Origin: the human T2T-CHM13v2.0 reference genome, Homo sapiens
NCBI RefSeq assembly: GCF_009914755.1
Contig: NC_060936.1
DNA length: 64,000 nucleotides
Reading direction: 5' to 3' (one strand)
A model generated the notes under the pieces. That model was given only the letters and a program-made list of their open reading frames with translations. It was not told the DNA's origin and searched no databases. This document shows, piece by piece, positions 56,260-64,000 of the stretch; the first letter of the stretch is position 1, and every line of letters begins with the position of its first letter. The translations under genes were made by a program, and so were the position numbers.

Positions 56260-56829
56260 TGAAGCTGTCCTCACAGGGTTAACAAGAATTCTGGACAGAA
56301 ATATAGTGATAATTGGGCATTAATCAGGCTGCACATTGACCTACTTCTTTGTAACTGCAAGTCACATAGCATTAGATACTGACCATTTGCATCTCCATTG
56401 TTTCTACAGATAGAATTTCTGGCATTAAAATCACAGGGCTTTTATTTAAGATAAATAGGGTCTCTGACATTAGAATCATAAGGCTTTGTTTAAGAATTGC
56501 TTAAGATCTTTTTCAGATCCTGAATTGCAGCAAAACAGCTGAGGCCAGCTATTTTGAAGACCCCAAGAGAGGAATGGATTTGCATGAAAATATCATTTCT
56601 TCAACTCCCTGTCTCAAGACTTCACCCTGCACTCTTTGACAAATGTTCCCCACACTTTGCTTCATTCCAAAACCTTGGACCCAAATTCCTTGGGGAGTTT
56701 AAATTTGAGGTTTCCTCCCATCTCCTCATTTGGTGATCCTACGGATTAAACCTGTTTCTCCGCTGCAACCCAGTTTCTTGGTGCATTGACTTGCTTTGTG
56801 CATTGGGCAATGGAGTTATTACAGTTACA
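56260..56829 (+). mobile_element. ERV1 (MER31/MER4-group-like) solo LTR
   Basis: TG...CA termini, internal attaaa poly(A) signal, flanks aatg/catg, internal imperfect duplication of about 45 bp at about 56408-56493. Confidence 0.75.
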
Positions 56830-58725
56830 CATGGTGAAGAAAGTGATTGATCTTGTCCCAGTTGGCATTTTTCATATAATATTGAAGACACAAATAAAAA
56901 AATAAACTGAGCAATACATTTTGCTAGTTTGTTTTCAGGGAAAAAAAGTGTTTTTGTAAATTCTTAATACGATTTGCTTGTAGGATTTATAAACAGATTC
57001 TAGAGGCAATGCCAAAAAATTTTAAACCTATTTCGACATGGCACCAGATTGCTATTAGGATTTAGTTATGAAAGCTGGCAGTCTGAAATGACAATTCTCA
57101 TTTTTAAATTCTACCATGTTAATTAACAGCTACATAAAAATATTTTCCATGCTTTCCAATCGCACTTCACAGATTCTTGTGCTAAATGATCAAATTTAAT
57201 AAAAGTTTGTGTTCCTATTCTGAAAATGAAAAATTATGTTGGTGTAATCATCATTACTAGTCAGAGGTGATCTGGTCACAGTTAAACACCTGCATTTAAA
57301 TTAATGGCCTTCATTTGTAAATGTATTTACTTAGATTTTAAAAAGAAATTTTTCTTATTATTATTATACTTCAAGTTCTAGGGTACATGTGCACAACGTG
57401 CAGGTTTGTTACATATGTATACATGTGCCATGTTGGTGTGCTGCACCCATTGACTCGTCATTTACATTAGATATATCTCCTAATGCTATCCCTCCCCCCT
57501 CCCCCCATCCCACAACAGGCCCCAGTGTGTGATATTCCCCACCCTGTGTCCAAGTGTTTTCATTGTTCAATTCCCACCCATGAATAAGAACATATGGTGT
57601 TTGATTTTTCGTCCTTGCAATAGTTTGCTCAGAATGATGGTTTCCAGATTCATCCATGTCCCTGCAAAGGACATGAACTCATCATTTTTTATGGCTGCGT
57701 AGTATTCCATGGTGTATATGTGCCACATTTTCTTAATCCAGTCTATCATTGATGGACATTTGGGTTGGTTCCAAGTCTTTGCTATTGTGAATAGTGCCTC
57801 AATAAACATGTGCATGTGTCTTTATAGTAGCATGATTTATAATCATTTGGGTATATACCCTGTAATGGGATGGCTGGGTCAAATGGTATTTCTAGTTCTA
57901 GATCCTTGAGCAATTGCCACACTGTCTTCCACAATGTTTGAACTAGCTTACATTCCAAACGACAGTGTAAGAGTGTTCCTATTTCTCCACATCCTCTCCA
58001 GCACCTGATTTTTCCTGACTTTTTAATGGTCACCATTCTAACCGGTGTGAGATGGTATCTCATTGTAGTTTTGATTTGCATTTCTCTGATGGCCAGTGAT
58101 GACGAACATTTTTTCATGTGTCTTTTGTCTGCATAAATGTTTTCTTTTGAGAAGTGTCTATTCATGTCCTTTGACCACTTTCTGATGGGGTTGATTTTTT
58201 CTTGTAAATTTGTTTGAGTTCTTTGTAGATTCCGGATATTAGCCCTTTGTCAGATGGGTAGATTGTAAAAATTTTCTCCCATTCTGTAGGTTGCCTGTTC
58301 ACTCTGATGGTAGTTTCTTTTGCTGTGCAGAAGCTGTTTAGTTTAATTAGATCCCATTTGTCAATTTTGGCTTTTGTTGCCATTGCTTTCGGTGTTTTAG
58401 TCATGAAGTCCTTGCCCATGCCTATGTCCTGAATGGTATTGCCTAGGTTTTCTTCTAGGGTTTTTATGGTTTTAGGTCTAACATTTAAGTCTTCAATCCA
58501 TCTTGAATTAATTTTTGTATAAGGTGTAAGGAAGTGATCCAGTTTCAGCTTTCTATATATGGCTAGCCAGTTTTCCCAGCAGAATTTATTAAACAGGGAA
58601 TCCTTCCCCCATTTCTTGTTTTTGTCAGGTTTGTCAAAGATCAGATGGTTGTAGATGTGTGGTATTATTACTGAGGGCTCCATTCTGTTCCATTGGTCTA
58701 TATCTCTGTTTTGGTAACAGTACTA

Positions 58726-58917
<192 letters not shown>

Positions 58918-59544
58918 CTATAAATTACCTTGGGGAGTATGGCCATTTTCATGATATTGATTCTTCCTATCCATGAGCATGGAATGTTCTTCCATTTGTT
59001 TGTGTCCCCTTTTATTTCATTGAGCAGTGATTTGTAGTTCTCCTTGAAGAGGTCCTTCACATCCCTTGTAAGTTGGATTCCTAAGTATTTTATTCTCTTT
59101 GAAGCAATTGTGAATGGGAGTTCACTCATGATTTGGCTCTCTGTTTGTTATTGGTGTATAGGAATGCTTGTGATTTTTGCACATTGATTTTGTATCCTGA
59201 GACTTTGCTGAAGTTGCTTATCAGCTTAAGGAGATTTTGGGCTGAGACGATGGGGTTTTCTAAATATACAATCATGTCATCTGCAAACAGGGACAATTTG
59301 ACTTCCTCTTTTCCTAATTGAATACCCCTTATTTCTTTCTCCTGCCTGAATGTCCTGGCCAGAACTTCCAACGCTACGTTGAATAGGAGAGGTGAGAGAG
59401 GGCATCCCTGTCTTGTGCCAGTTTTCAAAGGGAGTTCTTCCAGTTTTTGTCCATTCAGTATAATATCGACTGTGGGTTTGTCATGAATAGCTCTTATTAT
59501 TTTGAGACATGTCCCATCAATACCTAATTTATTGAGAGTTTTTA

Positions 59545-59994
<450 letters not shown>

Positions 59995-60377
59995 TTATTA
60001 TTGGCTCAATTTCAGAGCCTGTTATTGGTCTGTTCAGGGATTCAACTTCTTCCTGGTTTAGTCTTGGGAGGTTGTATGTGTCCAGGAATTTATCCATTTC
60101 TTCTAGATTTTCTAGTTTATTTATGTAGAGGTGTTTATAGTATTCTCTTATGGTAGTTTGTATTTCTGTGGGATCGGTGGTGATGTCCCCTTTATCATTT
60201 CTTATTGCGTCTATTTGGTTCTTCTCTCTTTTCTTCTTTATTAGTCTTGCTAGTGGTGTATCAATTTTGTTGATCTTTTCAAAAAACCAACTCCTGGGTT
60301 CATTGATTTTTTGAAGGGTTTTTTGTGTCTCTATCTCCTTCAGTTCTGCTCTGATCTTAGTTATTTCTTGCCTTCTG

Positions 60378-61376
60378 CTAGCTTTTGAATGAGTTTGCTC
60401 TTGCTTCTCTAGTAAATTGTGATGTTAGGTTGTCCATTTTAGATCTTTCCTGCTTTCTCTTGTGGGCACTTAGTGTCATAAATTTCCCTCTAAACACTGC
60501 TTTAAATGTGTCCCAGAGATTCTGGTATGTTGTGTCTTTGTTCTCATTCGTTTCAAAGAATGTCTTCATTTCTGCCTTCATTTCATTATGTACCCAGTAG
60601 TCATTCAGGACTATGTTGTTCAGTTTCCATGTAGTTGAGGGGTTTTGAGTGAGTTTCTTAATCCTGAGTTCTAGTTTGATTGCACTGTGGTCTGAGAGAC
60701 AGTTTGTTATAATTTCTGTTGTTTTACATTTGCTGAGGAGTGCTTTACTTCCAACTATGTGGTCAGTTTTGGAATAAGCATGATGTGGTGCTGACAAGAA
60801 TGTATATTCTGTTGATTTGGGGTGGAGACTTCTGTAGATGTCTATTAGGTCCACTTGGTGCAGAGCTGAGTTCAATTCCTGGATATCCTTGTTAATTTTC
60901 TGTCTCGTTGATCTGTCTAATCTTGACAGTGGGGTGTTAAAGTCTCCCATTATTATTGTGTGGGAGTCTAAGTCTCTTTGTAGGTCTCTAAGGACTTGCT
61001 TTATGAATCTGGGTGCTCCTGTATTGGGTGCATATTTATTTAGGATAGTTAGCTCTTCTTGTTGAATTGATCCCTTTACCATTATGTAATGGCGTTCTTT
61101 GTGTCTTTTGATGTTTGTTGGTTTAAAGTCTGTTTTATCAGAGACTAGGATTGCAACTCCTGACTTTTTTTGTTTTCCATTTGCTTGGTAGATCTTCCTC
61201 CATCCCTTTATTTTGAGCCTATGTGTGTCTCTGCACGTGAGATGGGTCTCCTGAATATAGAACACTGCTGGGTCTTGACTCTTTATCCAATTTGCCACTC
61301 TGTGTATTTTAATTGGAGCATTTAGCCCATTTACATTTAAGGTTAATATTGTTATGTGTGAATTTGATCCTGTCAT
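60378..61376 (-). pseudogene. L1 ORF2 N-terminal fragment (APE endonuclease domain), frameshifted after about 320 aa
   Basis: 332-aa ORF with NVNGLN, QETHL and [11 protein letters not shown] motifs. Confidence 0.85.
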
Positions 61377-63034
61377 TATGATGGTAGCTGGTTATTTTGC
61401 TCATTAGTTTATGCTGTTTTTTCCTAGCATCGATGGTCTTTACAATTTGGCATGTTTTTGCAGTGGCTGGTACTGGTTGTTCCTTTCCATGTTTAGTGCT
61501 TCCTTCAGGAGCTCTTGTAAGGCAGGCTTGGTGGTGACAAAATCTCTCAGCATTTGCTTGTCTGTAAAGGATTTTATTTCTCCTTCATTTATGAAGATTA
61601 GTTTGGCTGGATATGAAATTCTGGGTTGAAAATTCTTTTCTTTAAGAATGTTGAATATTGGCACCCACTCTCTTCTGGCTTGTAGAGTTTCTGCTGAGAG
61701 ATCTGCTGTTAGTCTGATGGGCTTCCCTTTGTGGGTAACCCAACCTTTCTCTCTGGCTTCCCTGACATTTTTTCCTTCATTTCAACTTTGGTGAATCTGA
61801 AAAATTATGTGTCTTGGAGTTGCTCTTCTCCAGGAGTGCCTTTGTGGCATTCTCTGTATTTCCTGAATTTGAATGTTGGCCTGCCTTGCTAGGTTGGGGA
61901 AGTTCTTCTGGATAATATCCTGCAGAGTGTTTTCCAACTTGGGTCCATTTACCCCGTCACTTTCAGGTACACCAATCAGACGTAGACTTGGTTTTTTCAC
62001 ATAGTCCCATATTTCTTGGAGACTTTGTTCATTTCTTTTTACTCTTTTTTCTCTAAACTTCTCTTCTCACTTCATGTCATTCATTTGATCTTCAATCACA
62101 GATACCCTTTCTTCCACTTGATTGAATCAGCTACTGAAGCTTGTGCATGCATCACGTAGTTCTCATGCCATGATTTTCAGCTCCGTCAGATCATTTAAGG
62201 TCTTCTCTATGCTGTTTATTCTAGTTACCCATTCGTCTAATCTTTTTTCAAGGTTTTTAGCTTCTTTGCAATGGGTTTGAACATCCTCCTTTAGCTCAGA
62301 GAAGTTTATTAGCAATCATCAGAGGCCTTCTTCTCTCAACTCGTCAAAGTCATTCTCCATCCAGCTTTGTTCCATTGCTGGTGAGCAGCTGCGTTCCTTT
62401 GCAGGAGAAGACGTGCTCTGATTTTTAGAATTTTCAGCTTTTCTCCTCTCGTTTCTCCCCATCTTTGTGGTTTTATCTACATTTGGTCTTTGATGATGGT
62501 GACATACAGATGGTGTTTTGGTGTGGATGTCCTTTCTGTTTGTTAGTTTTCCTTCTAATAGTCAGCACCCTCAGCTGCAGGTCTGTTGGAGTTTGCTGGT
62601 GGTCCACTCCAGACCCTGTTTGCCTGGGTATCCCCAGCGGAGGCTGCAGAACAGCAAATATTGCAGAACAGCAAATGCTGCCTGATCCTTCCTCTGGAAG
62701 CTTCATCTCATAGGGGCACCCAGCTGTATGAGGTGTTAGTCGGCCCCTACTAGGAGGTGTCTCCCAGTTAGGCTACTTGGGGGTCAGGGACCTACTTGAG
62801 GAGGCAGTCTGTCCATTCTCAGATCTCACACTACATGCTGGGAGAACCACTCCTCTCTTCAAAACTGTCAGACAGGGACGTTTAAGTCTGCAGAAGTTTC
62901 TGCTGCCTTTTGTTCAGCTATGCCCTACCCCCAGAGGTGGAGTCTACAGAGGCAGGCAGGCCTCCTTGAGCTGTGGTGGGCTCCACCCAGTTTGAGCTTC
63001 CAGGCAGCTTTGTTTACCTACTCAAGCCTCAGCA

Positions 63035-63217
63035 ATGGTGGACGCCCCTCCGCCAGCCTTGCTGCTGCCTTACAGTTCCATCTCAGACTGCTGTGCTAGC
63101 AATGAGAGAGGCTCTGTGGGTGTGGGACCCTCCGAGCCTCGCATGGGATATAATCTCCTGGTGTGCCATTTGCCAAGACCGTTGGAAAACCACAGTATTA
63201 TGGTGGGAGTGTCCTAA
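63035..63217 (+). pseudogene. L1 antisense ORF0 homolog, truncated (60 aa)
   Basis: MVDAPPPALLLPYSSISDCCASNERGSVGVGPSEP.. matches the primate L1 ORF0p pattern MAGAPPPASL..ISDCCASNQRDSVGVGPSEP; ATG in gcaATGg context. Confidence 0.8.
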
Positions 63218-63624
63218 TTTTCCAGGTACTGTCTGTCATGGCTTCCCTTGGCTTGGAAAGGGAATTCCCTGACCCCTTGGGCTTCCCGGGTGAGGTGATG
63301 CCCCGCCCTGCTTTGGCTCATGCTCCTTGGGGGCTGCACCCACTGTCCGACAAGCCCCATTGAGATGAACCCCATACCTCAGTTGGAAATGCAGAAATCA
63401 CCCATCTTCTGCGTTGCTCATGCTGGGAGCTGTAGACTGGAGATCTTCCTATTTGGCCATCTTGGAACTTCCCCTGAAAAGAAAAGATTTAACCAGCATA
63501 TTTAGCTACACAAAGAATGAATCCACACTTTAAAGCCAAACAAGTAATAGAAATAAACTTGCATTGATCTTTGAGTCACCCTTGGCTCTTCTCTTTCTCT
63601 TATACACCATATCAAATCTGGATT

Positions 63625-64000
63625 AATATTTTATTGCTGTTGCCACAAATTACTACAAAATTAGTAGCTTAAATAACAACAAATTTCTTATCCTACTATT
63701 CTGTAGGATTGAAGTCTGACACGGGTCTCACCGAACTTAGATCCATAAGTCTAGATAGGATGCTTTAAGGGGCAACCTATTTCCTTGCCCTCTTTGGTTT
63801 CTAGAATCTGCTCACTTTCCTGGGAACATGCAGCCCTTCCTCCATTTTCAAAGTCAGCAGCAATGCATCTTTGTTTGGTAGAAACTTCTTCCTCTGCCTC
63901 ATTCTTCTGCCTCATCCATTTCTAAGGACCTTTGTGATTACATTGAGCCCTCTAGAATTGTCCAGCATAGTCTCTTTATTTTAAGGTATGCTCATGTGTA
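63625..64000 (-). mobile_element. MLT1D/C-like LTR (runs off the window)
   Basis: 'attgctgttgccacaaattactacaaaattagtagcttaaataacaac..aaggacctttgtgattacattgagccc'. Confidence 0.75.

Overview
AT-rich, gene-poor primate genomic DNA, almost certainly human or hominid given a young AluYa-lineage insertion. It is dominated by transposon fossils: one near full-length old L1MA-type element with nested THE1/Alu insertions, a full-length L1PA on the minus strand, an internally deleted L1PA carrying an apparent 3' transduction, truncated L1s, about 11 Alus, MaLR/ERV LTRs, L2, MIR and DNA-transposon remnants. I found no convincing intact protein-coding exon. The most interesting signal is a degraded minus-strand coding-like segment at about 735-2640 that matches no repeat I recognise. 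Its translation shows a colinear series of motif echoes, at similar spacing, to the filovirus/Mononegavirales nucleoprotein, with a possible poly(A) remnant and target-site duplication. It is a candidate non-retroviral endogenous viral element, but the alignment was done by eye against sequences recalled from memory and needs a profile search. Repeat subfamily names are also from memory, and boundaries of ancient repeats are approximate.
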